Source: Candidatus Parcubacteria bacterium (GTDB lineage Bacteria; Patescibacteriota; Patescibacteriia; Patescibacteriales; UBA12075). From it: a stretch of 64,000 bases of DNA. The notes beneath the pieces were generated by a model that saw nothing but the letters and a program-made list of their open reading frames with translations, ran no database searches and had not been told where the DNA came from. Positions 28,396 to 40,447 of the stretch are shown in pieces. The position numbers were made by a program, and so were the translations under genes. Each line of letters starts with the position of its first letter. Position 1 is the first letter of the stretch. Where the stretch lies: positions 40,297 through 104,296 of the forward strand of contig CAWHBO010000001.1 in assembly GCA_963827735.1 (NCBI GenBank), in the 5' to 3' direction.

Positions 28396-29412
28396 AGTTT
28401 AAATCCTCTCCCCTGCCCTCAAATTCCATGTACACGCTGTCATCAAAAATATCTATTTCCGGTTGAATCGTGATATCTCTCACCGCTCCAATTCGACCAG
28501 GGATGGTTAGCCCTACCTTCCTTATGTCTCCGGCTTTTATTTTTTCAACAGTTATCTGACTGATTCCCAAAAGACTGCTGTTTCCATAGAAGAAAATGTT
28601 TAATGGCACTTCCCAAAAATTAAAGACTGAGTTATTTTGTAAAGAAAAATCAAAACTGTTCAGCGGTATTTTTTCGGTAAGACTGGAAGAATTTGCCGAC
28701 GTATATTTTAGGTCTTTATAATCAAAATTGATCCGATCATTTAAAAAGTCCTGGTAATCGGAGATTTTTTTGGAATCGATTCTTTTCCAGTTTTCTTTAA
28801 AAAAAACAATGGCAGCGTTTGATGGCTTGCTGCCATGTTCGTTTGCAAGAGAAATCAGATTTTTTGTCTGCCCCGGAAGAATAAAACTTTTAACCATATC
28901 GGTTTTCCCGGTATCAGAATAAAAATAATACTCAAGTTGCGCCCAGCTCATTGTGTTAGGATTCGTTACTTCAACAAAATAACTGTACAAATCAAGATCA
29001 GCTTCAATTACAATCACTTCGCCAATGATAAGATCTTTCGGCATCCTTTCCAGGACCATACCGTGATTGATTGGCGCCGCTTGCATCAGATTAGAAAACA
29101 TTGCTCTATCGGCGCGAATATCAAAAAAATAATATTTTCCAAAAGTAAAAAAGAAAATTGACCAGGTAACAGCTCCTAAAACGCCTAAAATTATATAAAT
29201 AACTTTTTTAAAAAAAGGAATTTTTGTTATAAACCAAAATCCAAAATTCATTTTTCCAATCGTAAGACCGGCCGGATCGTGATATCGGTTGATGTTGATA
29301 TTTTTTTTCTGTTTTTCTATCCCTTCCAAATCTTGTGACATAACCAAATCATCTGATTCACCTGGCTTATATTCAATATTTTTTTGTTTTTTCAGCAAAT
29401 TTATCATAACCA
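28388..29412 (-). CDS. Hypothetical single-pass membrane protein
   Basis: Long ORF with one TM, overlapping the rodA start; start estimated at MVMINLL. Confidence 0.65.
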
Positions 29413-29523
29413 TATAATAACAGACAATGATATTTTTGGCAAACAAAAACCCTTGTATTATCCATAAATTTTTGATAAAATATAAACAGTCGAGCACCCA
29501 TAAAAACGGGTATTTTTGTTTAA

Positions 29524-31614
<2,091 letters not shown>

Positions 31615-31630
31615 AAAATATCAGAATACA

Positions 31631-31662
31631 AAAAACGGGAGTCAAAAAAGATTCCCGTTTTT
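31631..31662. terminator. Bidirectional terminator
   Basis: AAAAACGGGAGTC-AAAAAA-GATTCCCGTTTTT between convergent genes. Confidence 0.75.
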
Positions 31663-31670
31663 ATATTTAC

Positions 31671-33770
31671 TTATTTTCCACAAAGTAATATTTTTGCATC
31701 CAGCACCACTCCCCCTTTTGCGTCTATTGCGAACGGATTGATGTCCAATTCCTTGATTTCAGGAAAATCCGCAATGAGTCTGGAAAATTTATACAAGATG
31801 AATTGAAGATCATCCAAGTTAACCCCAGGCATTCCTCGATAACCTTTCAGCAGGGTAAAAATTTTCGTTTTCTCCATGATTTTTTTCGCATCGCACATGT
31901 CAATTGGCAGCAAGGCAATCGCTGTATCCTTATAAACTTCAACTGCCGTTCCGCCTCTTCCAAATGCAATCACCGGTCCAAAAATATCGTCCTTCTTCGC
32001 TCCGATCAAAAGCTCATAAGTCTTCTTCACCATCCCTTCAATCAAAACTCCTTGGATGGCGGCCTTCGGCATTTTCTTTTTTACGGAACTAATGATTTTC
32101 GTAAAAGCATCTTTTGCTTCCTTGCTTGAGCCTATGTTCAGCATAACACCCCCCGCATCGGTTTTATGGATGATATCAGATGAAAGAATTTTCATCGCGG
32201 CTGGAAAGCCGATTTTTTTTGCTGCTTCGCCTGCTTGTTTGACTGTTTTAACTACAGCGTTTTTTACCACCGGAATTTTGTAATTCTTGAGGAAAATTTT
32301 TGCTTCCACCTCATTTAAAGCCACACGCCCCGCTTGTAATGCGTTTGCTATGATTTTCTTGTTCGCTTTCATATTTGGTGAAAAAACCGGTGCTGATTTT
32401 GAACATTCCGACCCGCTGGAATTCGCGTAAATCTTGTTTATGTAAGAAAAGCTCTTAATCGCATCTTCCGGCTCACTATATATCGGGATGTTGCCTTGTT
32501 CCAAAATCTTTCCACCTTCAGCGACTGCCGCTCCACCCATCCAGGAAGCATAGATTGTTTTCTTTTTTAAATTCTTTTCCGCTAACAACGCTTTAGCGGT
32601 AGCGGTCGGATTGGTCATTGATTGCGGTGTCAGGACCACAAGCACGGCATCAGCGGCATCATCACTCAGGCAAACATCCAAAGTTTTGGCATACCTCTCC
32701 GGATCAGCGTCACCCAAAATGTCCACCGGATTGCTATGGCTCCAGTTTGGCGGCAAAAAAGTGTTTAACTTGTCAATGGTAGCTTTTTTAAGCTCGGCAA
32801 TATGGCTGCCGGATGACATCAAAGCGTCGGCAACAATCACCCCCGGTCCGCCGGCATTCGTAACCACGCACATCCTGTTGCCTTTGGGAATCGGTTGCAT
32901 CGCCAAAGCTCGCGCAACATGGAAAAGATTTTCAATCGTTTCCACGCGAATGATGCCGGCTTTTTCAAAAGCGGCGGAAAAAACCTCGTCATCCCCCACA
33001 ATACTGCCGGTGTGCGACTTGGCGGCTTGCGCTCCGGCCGAAGTTCTTCCGACCTTAAGGATAACGATCGGCTTCTTCTTTGAAAGCGCTTTGGCCGCTC
33101 TTATGAATTTTTCCGCATTGCCGATGGATTCCATGTAGATGATGATGCTTTCAGTTTCGGGATCAGTCGCCAGATAATCTATCAGGTCGCTGAAATCCAC
33201 GTCCAGCATGGATCCAATGGAGATAAAATGTGAAAAGCCGACATTGTTTATAAGCGACCAATCCAGGATCGCGGTGCATAAAGCTCCTGATTGAGATATG
33301 AAAGCAATCTTGCCCTTAAGCGCCATGAGCGGGGCAAAACTGGCGTTAAGTCCGAGCGACGGACGGATAAACCCAAGGCAATTGGGGCCGATGATATGCA
33401 TTTTATGTTTTTTTGCCGTTGCCAAAATTTGTTCGCCAAGCTTTTTCCCTTCCTCTCCGATTTCACTGAAGCCGGATGAAATGATGACAATTCCTGACAC
33501 ATGCGCTTCACCGCATTCCAAAACGATACTAGGCACGGTTACGGCAGGCGTGGCAATGATTGCCAGATCAATCTGCCCGCTAATATCCTTAACTGATTTA
33601 AAAGTCTTGCGGCCCAAAATGCTATCACGCTTGTTGTTTACCGGACAAATCTCGCCTGGGTATTCAGAATTCACAAGATTGCTCATAAGCGCATAACCGA
33701 CGCTTCCCTCGCGTTCCGATGCGCCGATGATGGCGATCTTTTTCGGATTAAACATTTTATCTAGTTGCAT
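31671..33770 (-). CDS. ADP-forming acetate/acyl-CoA ligase (CoA-binding, ligase and ATP-grasp domains)
   Basis: IIGAS, GPNCLG, SQSGA, SHTG (phospho-His), NPVDILGDA, HKTDAGGV and ELDINP motifs. Confidence 0.9.
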   Translation of the reverse strand: MQLDKMFNPKKIAIIGASEREGSVGYALMSNLVNSEYPGEICPVNNKRDSILGRKTFKSVKDISGQIDLAIIATPAVTVPSIVLECGEAHVSGIVIISSGFSEIGEEGKKLGEQILATAKKHKMHIIGPNCLGFIRPSLGLNASFAPLMALKGKIAFISQSGALCTAILDWSLINNVGFSHFISIGSMLDVDFSDLIDYLATDPETESIIIYMESIGNAEKFIRAAKALSKKKPIVILKVGRTSAGAQAAKSHTGSIVGDDEVFSAAFEKAGIIRVETIENLFHVARALAMQPIPKGNRMCVVTNAGGPGVIVADALMSSGSHIAELKKATIDKLNTFLPPNWSHSNPVDILGDADPERYAKTLDVCLSDDAADAVLVVLTPQSMTNPTATAKALLAEKNLKKKTIYASWMGGAAVAEGGKILEQGNIPIYSEPEDAIKSFSYINKIYANSSGSECSKSAPVFSPNMKANKKIIANALQAGRVALNEVEAKIFLKNYKIPVVKNAVVKTVKQAGEAAKKIGFPAAMKILSSDIIHKTDAGGVMLNIGSSKEAKDAFTKIISSVKKKMPKAAIQGVLIEGMVKKTYELLIGAKKDDIFGPVIAFGRGGTAVEVYKDTAIALLPIDMCDAKKIMEKTKIFTLLKGYRGMPGVNLDDLQFILYKFSRLIADFPEIKELDINPFAIDAKGGVVLDAKILLCGK

Positions 33771-33962
33771 AATTGCTATTTTTAAAAATAAATTATTAAC
33801 ATGCTTTTATTATAGCATAATTTACAGTGGGATAAAAAAGGTTGACTTTTTTATATAAATATAGTATAAATATAAATAAGGCGTTTTATCTTAAAAACGC
33901 GTTTATCTGCTTCTGAAAAGGCAGTTTTTATTTTTGTTTAATATAAGCTAAAATTATAAGAT

Positions 33963-35759
33963 ATGGAAATCAGAAACATTGCCATCATTGCCCACGTAGA
34001 CCATGGCAAAACCACTTTAACCGACGCTTTGATGCGCCAGACCGGCATGGCAGAGGCAGGAGTCAGCATGGATTCAAACGCCTTGGAATTGGAACGCGGC
34101 ATCACGATTTATTCCAAAAATACTTCTGTGTTGTATAAAGACACAAAAATCAATATTGTAGACACTCCTGGTCACGCTGATTTCGGTTCTGAAGTTGAAC
34201 GGGTTTTAAGATCAATTGATTCCGTACTTTTGGTGGTTGACGCGCAGGAAGGGCCGATGCCGCAGACAAAATTTGTTTTAAAAAAATCACTTAACCTGGG
34301 GCTCAAGCCGATTGTGGTCATAAACAAAATTGACAAACCCGCCGCCCGACCGGATGAAGTGCAGGAAATGGTGTATGAGTTATTTTTAGACCTGGGAGCG
34401 ACAGACGAACAATTGAATTTCACCACGATTTTTGCGATTGCCAAAACCGGAGTGGCGATGGCAAAACCCGGAGATGAACAAAAAGATCTGTCCCCGCTCC
34501 TGGACGCGATTCTCAAGGAAGTGCCGATTGCTTCCAGTTTAGAGGCTAATCTTTTGCCGCTTCGCGTACAACCCTTCAATCTTGGTTACGACAACTTCTT
34601 GGGACGCTTGGCTGTGGGCAGGATCTATGAAGGAACGATAAAAAAAGCCGGCACCGTCGTCATAAAAAGCGCCGGAAAGGAAAACCGCACCGGAAAAATC
34701 AACAAACTTTATACTTTTCAAGGCCTTACCAGAAAAGAAGTTGATGAGGCGGTTGCCGGCGATATCGTCATGATTGCCGGACTGCCCAACATTTTTATCG
34801 GTGAAACCATTTGCGATAACGCTGATCAGGAAATCTTGCCGGCCATCAACATTGATGAACCGACAATTTCTCTTAACTTTTTGGTAAACAACTCCCCCTT
34901 CGCGGGCCGTGAAGGCAAGCTGGTCACGAATCGCCAAATCAAAGAAAGACTGGAAAGAGAACTGGAAATTAACGTCGGTCTCAAGATTGATTTCTCCAGC
35001 ACCGATCATTATAAAGTGTACGGCCGGGGCGAAATGCATATCGCGATCCTTTTGGAAAACATGCGCCGCGAAGGCTATGAGATGCAGATTTCCATGCCGC
35101 ACGTGATCATCAAAGAAGAAAATGGAGAAAAGCTTGAGCCTTACGAAGAAGTTACAATCAACATCCCGAACGATATGGCCGGACCAGTCATTGAAAAACT
35201 TTCCAAAAGGCAGGGCCGGATGCTTGAGATGAAGCCGGAGCACGGGACAACCAGAATTGTGTTTGAAATGCCGACGCGCGGTCTCTTGGGCTATCGCAGC
35301 GACTTTATCGTAGATACCAGAGGCGAGGGCATCCTTTATTCCCGAGTCATCGGCTTCAAACCGTATGCCGGCAAGATTGAAAAACACGATGTCGGTTCCA
35401 TGATATCCATGGCCAGCGGCAAGGCTTTGGCTTTTTCACTTTTTAACCTCCAAGATCGCGGATCCTTATACATACCCGCCAACACGGAAGTGTATGAAGG
35501 CATGGTGGTGGGCGACGTATCCAAAGGCAACGACATGTCAGTAAATCCGATCAAAGGAAAACAGCTTACAAACATGCGGGCTTCCGGATCGGACGAAGCG
35601 ATCCGCTTGACTCCCCCGCTGGAACTGAGCTTGGAAAGAGGAATGAGCGTCATGAAAGACGATGAATATCTTGAAATAACACCCAAAAGCGTGCGTTTAA
35701 GAAAACAGCTTTTAAAAGAAGTGCAAAGAGTCCAATCCGCTAGAAGAAGCAAAGATTAA
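33963..35759 (+). CDS. typA: Translational GTPase TypA/BipA
   Basis: RNIAIIAHVDHGKTT, DTPGHADF, NKID, GRGEMH..RREG and KQLTNMRASG motifs; promoter TTGACT-17-TATAAA at 33842-33870. Confidence 0.96.
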   Translation: MEIRNIAIIAHVDHGKTTLTDALMRQTGMAEAGVSMDSNALELERGITIYSKNTSVLYKDTKINIVDTPGHADFGSEVERVLRSIDSVLLVVDAQEGPMPQTKFVLKKSLNLGLKPIVVINKIDKPAARPDEVQEMVYELFLDLGATDEQLNFTTIFAIAKTGVAMAKPGDEQKDLSPLLDAILKEVPIASSLEANLLPLRVQPFNLGYDNFLGRLAVGRIYEGTIKKAGTVVIKSAGKENRTGKINKLYTFQGLTRKEVDEAVAGDIVMIAGLPNIFIGETICDNADQEILPAINIDEPTISLNFLVNNSPFAGREGKLVTNRQIKERLERELEINVGLKIDFSSTDHYKVYGRGEMHIAILLENMRREGYEMQISMPHVIIKEENGEKLEPYEEVTINIPNDMAGPVIEKLSKRQGRMLEMKPEHGTTRIVFEMPTRGLLGYRSDFIVDTRGEGILYSRVIGFKPYAGKIEKHDVGSMISMASGKALAFSLFNLQDRGSLYIPANTEVYEGMVVGDVSKGNDMSVNPIKGKQLTNMRASGSDEAIRLTPPLELSLERGMSVMKDDEYLEITPKSVRLRKQLLKEVQRVQSARRSKD

Positions 35760-35769
35760 CCACTTTTAT

Positions 35770-35807
35770 AAAAGGCCTTTACAATGCATGATTGTAAAGG
35801 CCTTTTT
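35770..35807. terminator. Bidirectional terminator
   Basis: AAAAGGCCTTTACAAT-GCATG-ATTGTAAAGGCCTTTT. Confidence 0.8.
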
Positions 35808-35824
35808 ATTTGATGAACAAAATT

Positions 35825-36370
35825 TTAAAGTATATTTTTTGCTGTCATAAAATCATATAAGCTTTTTATGGTGGACTGGTTCAGATTTGGCACAAATCTT
35901 TGGCTTTCGGCGTCACTCATGTTTAACAGCTTATCAATCGGCCAAGCTTCAAATTCTTCACCGGTTCCTGATTTCAAATTGGTCACAGCGTTATCATATA
36001 TAAAAAGATATTTGCTCTTAAAGGCGTTGTTAACAATCCCCTTAACGAGCGGCTGGGATTTAATCTCTTCTTTATCAACAAAAATCAAGTCAGCCACATT
36101 GATTGGAAGTCCGGTTTTGTTTTTGATTTCATTAAATGCGGCTTTTTTATAGCTGTCGCCTCTCTCCACATGGCACCCGATGCAAGCGTCAAGCAATCCG
36201 GGATAAATTTCTTTTTGCTTGGACCGGCGCTCAAAAATCATTTCTTTTTGCGGCGTCACAAAAAAAACATGGACTTCCCTGTGCAACAAGCCTTTTTTGT
36301 GGATGTTTTCCCTGGTTTCTTTGCCGATGATTTTGTCTTTATCATCAACAACATTTAAGATTTGCGGCAT
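35825..36370 (-). CDS. Nudix-fold protein (IPP isomerase type 1 / YfcD-like, degenerate Nudix box)
   Basis: VVD..D..IG..R..IH..GLLHREVH..RS..K..YPG..D motifs. Confidence 0.75.
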   Translation of the reverse strand: MPQILNVVDDKDKIIGKETRENIHKKGLLHREVHVFFVTPQKEMIFERRSKQKEIYPGLLDACIGCHVERGDSYKKAAFNEIKNKTGLPINVADLIFVDKEEIKSQPLVKGIVNNAFKSKYLFIYDNAVTNLKSGTGEEFEAWPIDKLLNMSDAESQRFVPNLNQSTIKSLYDFMTAKNIL

Positions 36371-36501
36371 ATAAAAAATTTTAAAAATTATTTTAGAATA
36401 TACTTTATATAAAAATCATCTCATATCTCCGGATTTTAGTCAAAAAAAATAAGCCCGAAATGTCAGTTTGAAATGACATTTGGGGCTCAAGATTGTTTTA
36501 T

Positions 36502-36666
36502 TTACCGAGCTTGCTCAGTAAATATGTTTCCATGGGGAGGAGCTTTATAATACTTTTCTTCAAGAACCATAGCGGTAATGACTATTATAGCCGTTACTAT
36601 ACCAATGACCGCTACTCCTCCCATCGGCGTGAGAGTCTTCATGATTTTATTTATTAACTTTTTCAT
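36502..36666 (-). CDS. Small single-TM orphan protein, 54 aa (not in ORF track)
   Basis: MKKLINKIMKTLTPMGGVAVIGIVTAIIVITAMVLEEKYYKAPPHGNIFTEQAR; AAGGAG RBS, TTGACA-17-TATATT promoter and a downstream hairpin at 36452-36487. Confidence 0.65.
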   Translation of the reverse strand: MKKLINKIMKTLTPMGGVAVIGIVTAIIVITAMVLEEKYYKAPPHGNIFTEQAR

Positions 36667-36792
36667 TTTTCTCCTTTTTGTTGTATGTTTTATTATGTTT
36701 TAAATATAACACATATATTAATATTTGTCAAGCAGGCAAAAATGCAACAAAAAACACCATTATTATTGGTGTTTAATATTAAAAATGATTTT

Positions 36793-37128
36793 TTATATTC
36801 CTGCCGTTAGCTCATTTATCTGCTCAATGTACAGGCTGAAGATAGAAAATGTATAGTAAATCGTTAAAACGCTGGAAAGAAGCGTCAGCGCGATCGTAAC
36901 TCCCCCAACCCATTTGGCTTGCTTGGAATTTTTCATCAGATACTTGATGCCGGGCCACAACCCTAAAGGCGGTAAAAAAATTGCCAAAGCATAAACACCG
37001 ATCTGCGCAATAACGGAGATCGGCATCGGTTTTTCTTTCAGATTGTACCCGCAGTTTGGGCAGAAAAAAAATTCTGGCAAAACCGGCTGATGACAAACTG
37101 GGCAAATGATTTGATTGGTTTCTTGCAT
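36793..37128 (-). CDS. Zinc-ribbon membrane protein
   Basis: CPVC..FCPNCG followed by two TMs (FLPPLG motif); start estimated at MQETNQ. Confidence 0.7.
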   Translation of the reverse strand: MQETNQIICPVCHQPVLPEFFFCPNCGYNLKEKPMPISVIAQIGVYALAIFLPPLGLWPGIKYLMKNSKQAKWVGGVTIALTLLSSVLTIYYTFSIFSLYIEQINELTAGI

Positions 37129-37199
37129 AACTTTGAAAGTCGCTCTTAGTGGCCTGAAGTCGTAAAAGACGAAAGCTTGATCTAAATTCAAGTCTAAAA

Positions 37200-39275
37200 T
37201 TATTTTACGCCCCTCACATCTCCTACCTCTATTTTTCTAATATCATCTGGTTTAGCCCCCAAACTTCTTGCTTTCATTATTTCATACATGCTATCCTCTG
37301 TGCCTCCATACCATCTTTTACCATCTTTAATATACCATATTTCACCGTGAGAATTGGGCCCTGATACCTGTAGAAGCATTTTGCCTTCTAGTCTATCTAC
37401 CAAGTTTTGACTATAATCATACTTTACATTAGTCATTGGATTGTAACCATTTTCCACTTCTCCTTTATCGTTAAACCCATCACCATCCGTATCATTTTTA
37501 TTAGGATCAGAACCGAGTGCTGATTCTAGCCTGTCTGGCAAACCATCACTGTCTGTATCTTGTAAATTATATAATTTATTAGGCACGCCAACTGGAATTT
37601 TTTGAATATCATCATAAGTAATGCCTGTCGCTAATTTTGAGCCGATGCTTAATGCCGCTTCACCATTTTCAAAATAAAATCTATTTTTACTTAACGGATC
37701 AACATACCATAATCTTCCATGATTTTCCACATCCAACAACATTGTACCAGCATATTTTTCTGCAAATTTCTGGTCTAGTTGGGTAAGTTTTTTCTCTAAC
37801 TCAATAACTTGTTTTTCTAATGCACTAATTTGTCTTTGTAATTGAGGAACTAATTGATTTATAGAGTCTTTGTCATTATTGATATTATTATCATCGATGA
37901 TATCAGAACCACCATCAATAGTTGTGGTAAAAGAATATTCTTTGGAAGTAGTTTTAGGCACACCAGCTTTTTTTTGTCCAGAAACTGTAAATTTATAAGT
38001 TGTAAACGGGGTTAAATTTTTTAATACTATTGAGTGGCTAGTTTGCGTATAATCATCAATTTTATCCCAGTTCCAATTTTCGTGATTTCCGTCAACGCTC
38101 CAATAATGAACATCGCTGTTTGTTGGATAATTTGTTGTCCAGTTAACGGTAACGGCAGTTGGCCTGATTAAAGATGTTGGGACATTGATATTTGAAAACT
38201 GAATAATGTCGCTATTATTATTTCCTGAGTCATATGTGGTTGTAAATTCTAGCGTATCAGATTTAGTTAAATTTTTCAGAGAGTCTTTTGCATTTATGTA
38301 ATATTGGTATGTTGTAAATGACTGTAAGCCAGTTATTTTAACAAAGTGGTTTTTTGAAAAATCGTCTGTTCCTTGCCATGACCAATTATTAGATCCTGCT
38401 TTAGCGTAATACACAATACTATCGGTTTGCACATTTGTGTTCCAAGTTATAGTTGCTCTGTCAATTCCAATTGATTGATACGGAACTTCAATGTTTGAAA
38501 TAATAGGATTTTTTTTGTCGCTACCAAAAGGAAAATCAAAAGTATAAACTGAAGATGTCGCTTTATTTCTATCATTATCATAGCAAATCAAATTATAATA
38601 ACCCTTATCGCCATTAAAATACTTTGTATTCTCACCTTGGTTTTTGATTTCAATTGCATATTTATAATTTCCGTTACTGTCTGATTTTGGATAATTTGAA
38701 CCAAAAATATAATCATCAGCATCTCTTGTCGAAATAAGTAAATCATCGTCTAAATTTCCATCCTTTATGCTATAAATCATTGTGCAATCATAATCGCCAT
38801 TAGTCTGCCACCCAATATAAAATGCTTCGCTGGTTACACTGCTTGCTTCAATGTTTGAAATAGTTAAATCAGTATCCAAAGTTATAGTAATTGCGTTAGT
38901 TGTTGTCATTGTACAACCGTTTGTTGAACATACACTGATTGTATAATCAGCATTACCACCAGAAACAAACCCATTTATTTCATCCAAATCAATATAAACA
39001 ATTTTTTTACCACTAGAAACTAAAACATTAGGTTCTACTAGAAAAACATCGCTGGTGCCTTGGGCTAACTGCTTACTTGCAAATACGTCTACATAATACG
39101 AATCAATTGTGGGATTAATTTTTTCAAGTTCTAATTGAACTTCTTCATCAATAGAATAAGAATCTTTGTACGTTGACATTTTGAATCCTGGATAATTATC
39201 AACGGAAGCAAAAACAGGCACACTTGCGAGAATCAAAGACAAACCTAAAATTATGGGCAATATTTTTTTCTGCAT
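37200..39275 (-). CDS. Secreted protein: FN3/purple-acid-phosphatase-N-like repeats, coiled coil, Ca-binding DxDxDG repeats and duplicated LLxVE..GxxWY domain
   Basis: Signal peptide, ATITWNTN/VNWTTN..H..L..FTTY repeats, DTDSDGLPD and DTDGDGFND; more AT-rich than flanking core genes. Confidence 0.75.
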   Translation of the reverse strand: MQKKILPIILGLSLILASVPVFASVDNYPGFKMSTYKDSYSIDEEVQLELEKINPTIDSYYVDVFASKQLAQGTSDVFLVEPNVLVSSGKKIVYIDLDEINGFVSGGNADYTISVCSTNGCTMTTTNAITITLDTDLTISNIEASSVTSEAFYIGWQTNGDYDCTMIYSIKDGNLDDDLLISTRDADDYIFGSNYPKSDSNGNYKYAIEIKNQGENTKYFNGDKGYYNLICYDNDRNKATSSVYTFDFPFGSDKKNPIISNIEVPYQSIGIDRATITWNTNVQTDSIVYYAKAGSNNWSWQGTDDFSKNHFVKITGLQSFTTYQYYINAKDSLKNLTKSDTLEFTTTYDSGNNNSDIIQFSNINVPTSLIRPTAVTVNWTTNYPTNSDVHYWSVDGNHENWNWDKIDDYTQTSHSIVLKNLTPFTTYKFTVSGQKKAGVPKTTSKEYSFTTTIDGGSDIIDDNNINNDKDSINQLVPQLQRQISALEKQVIELEKKLTQLDQKFAEKYAGTMLLDVENHGRLWYVDPLSKNRFYFENGEAALSIGSKLATGITYDDIQKIPVGVPNKLYNLQDTDSDGLPDRLESALGSDPNKNDTDGDGFNDKGEVENGYNPMTNVKYDYSQNLVDRLEGKMLLQVSGPNSHGEIWYIKDGKRWYGGTEDSMYEIMKARSLGAKPDDIRKIEVGDVRGVK

Positions 39276-39340
39276 ATTTTTATCTTAGTAATATTATAAA
39301 AATAATTAATTTCTAGACGCTGCGGCAAAGCCATTTTTCG

Positions 39341-39414
39341 TGGCTCGGGGACAGAGATTCGAACTCCGATAAACAGGACCAGAACCTGTTGTCCTACCAT
39401 TAGACGATCCCCGA
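39341..39414 (-). tRNA. tRNA-Gln (anticodon CUG)
   Basis: TCGGGGA-TC-GTCTAATGGTAGGAC-A-ACAGG-TT-CTG-GT-CCTGT..GTTCGAATC..TCCCCGA-G-CCA; full cloverleaf with encoded CCA. Confidence 0.95.
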
Positions 39415-39621
39415 AAATATAAAAAAATAAATTTTTTTAATCGGGGCACACCCCGAAGATTCAATTAAGAATTAAAAAAATAATAATTAAAAATTCAATA
39501 AAAAACCACCGTTTGTGGCTATTGTTAATATATTCTAATATATATTTTAAAAAATGTAAATATAAGCAAATATTATCTTAATAAATACTTTTTTAAAAAA
39601 ATAATATTACCAATAAAATTT

Positions 39622-40434
39622 TTAATTTTTAATTGAATCCAATCTTAACCTGATCTCTCCCATCATCTCCTCGGTTGCCGTCTCGCCTTTCTTGATTATG
39701 GCGGGTATTTCAGAAAATTTAAAACTCTCAATGATGCCCCCGACATGCGGCTTGATAAGCACCGCGCATTCATTCGCTTTTTGCATTTTATATTTTACCG
39801 CCATCATCCGGATGATGTCGTATGATTGCATCAAGACCGCAATCGTCCCGGGGTTATCAAGCTTTATCCTTCTTTTTGTTATCAAATCCACTCCGATGAT
39901 CAGATCCGCTCCCTGGCTTTTTGAGACGTCAATTGGCGTTGGATTGACAACGCCGCCATCAATCAAATAACTGTCGCCAATCTTAACCGGTGGAAAAATC
40001 CCCGGGACACTGATGCTGGCCTGGACGGCTTCCGCAATCAAGCCTTTCTCAATGATCTCTTCATCGCCGGTTTCAAGATTTGTCGTTACAACCGCAAAGG
40101 GAATTTTCGTCTGCGAAAATTTTGCGTCGCCGATCAAGCTGGTTATGTACTGATACACGTTGTTGCCTTTGATGATGGAGCGCTTGGGGTGCCTTAAGTC
40201 AACCATTTTCATCAGATCTCTTTTTCTTATCTTAAGCGCATGCTGTTCAATCTCCGCGACCGGCATTCCCAACGCGTAGCAGGAACCGAAAAGCGCGCCC
40301 ATGCTTGTCCCGCATAAATAATCTATCTTTATACCCTCTCTTTCCAGAACCTTTAGCACTCCGATGTGGGCGATGCCCCTGGCACCCCCGCCGCCCAGCG
40401 CTAAGCCTATTTTATTTTTGTTGATCATATTCAA
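39622..40434 (-). CDS. Patatin-like phospholipase (RssA-like)
   Basis: LGGGGARGIAHIGV, GTSMG and DGG motifs. Confidence 0.93.
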   Translation of the reverse strand: MNMINKNKIGLALGGGGARGIAHIGVLKVLEREGIKIDYLCGTSMGALFGSCYALGMPVAEIEQHALKIRKRDLMKMVDLRHPKRSIIKGNNVYQYITSLIGDAKFSQTKIPFAVVTTNLETGDEEIIEKGLIAEAVQASISVPGIFPPVKIGDSYLIDGGVVNPTPIDVSKSQGADLIIGVDLITKRRIKLDNPGTIAVLMQSYDIIRMMAVKYKMQKANECAVLIKPHVGGIIESFKFSEIPAIIKKGETATEEMMGEIRLRLDSIKN

Positions 40435-40447
40435 AAATTATCAGCTG

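Noticed and set aside
29458-29466. TTATCCATA upstream of gyrB as part of oriC
   Set aside because: Single imperfect DnaA box with no cluster, and no dnaA or dnaN in the window.
34539-35387. Long antisense ORFs (282 aa opposite typA, 219 aa opposite the ATPase, and many shorter ones in the track)
   Set aside because: Shadow frames of well-supported genes with no recognisable motifs.
37140-37200. Hammerhead-like CTGAA-GTC-GTAAAA-GAC-GAAA...GTC motif
   Set aside because: Lacks the G8-A9 of the CUGANGA core, stem I cannot be formed convincingly, and it lies antisense to the neighbouring genes.
37200-39341. Genomic island integrated at the tRNA-Gln 3' end
   Set aside because: The AT-rich gene is suggestive, but I found no duplicated tRNA 3' end and no nearby integrase.
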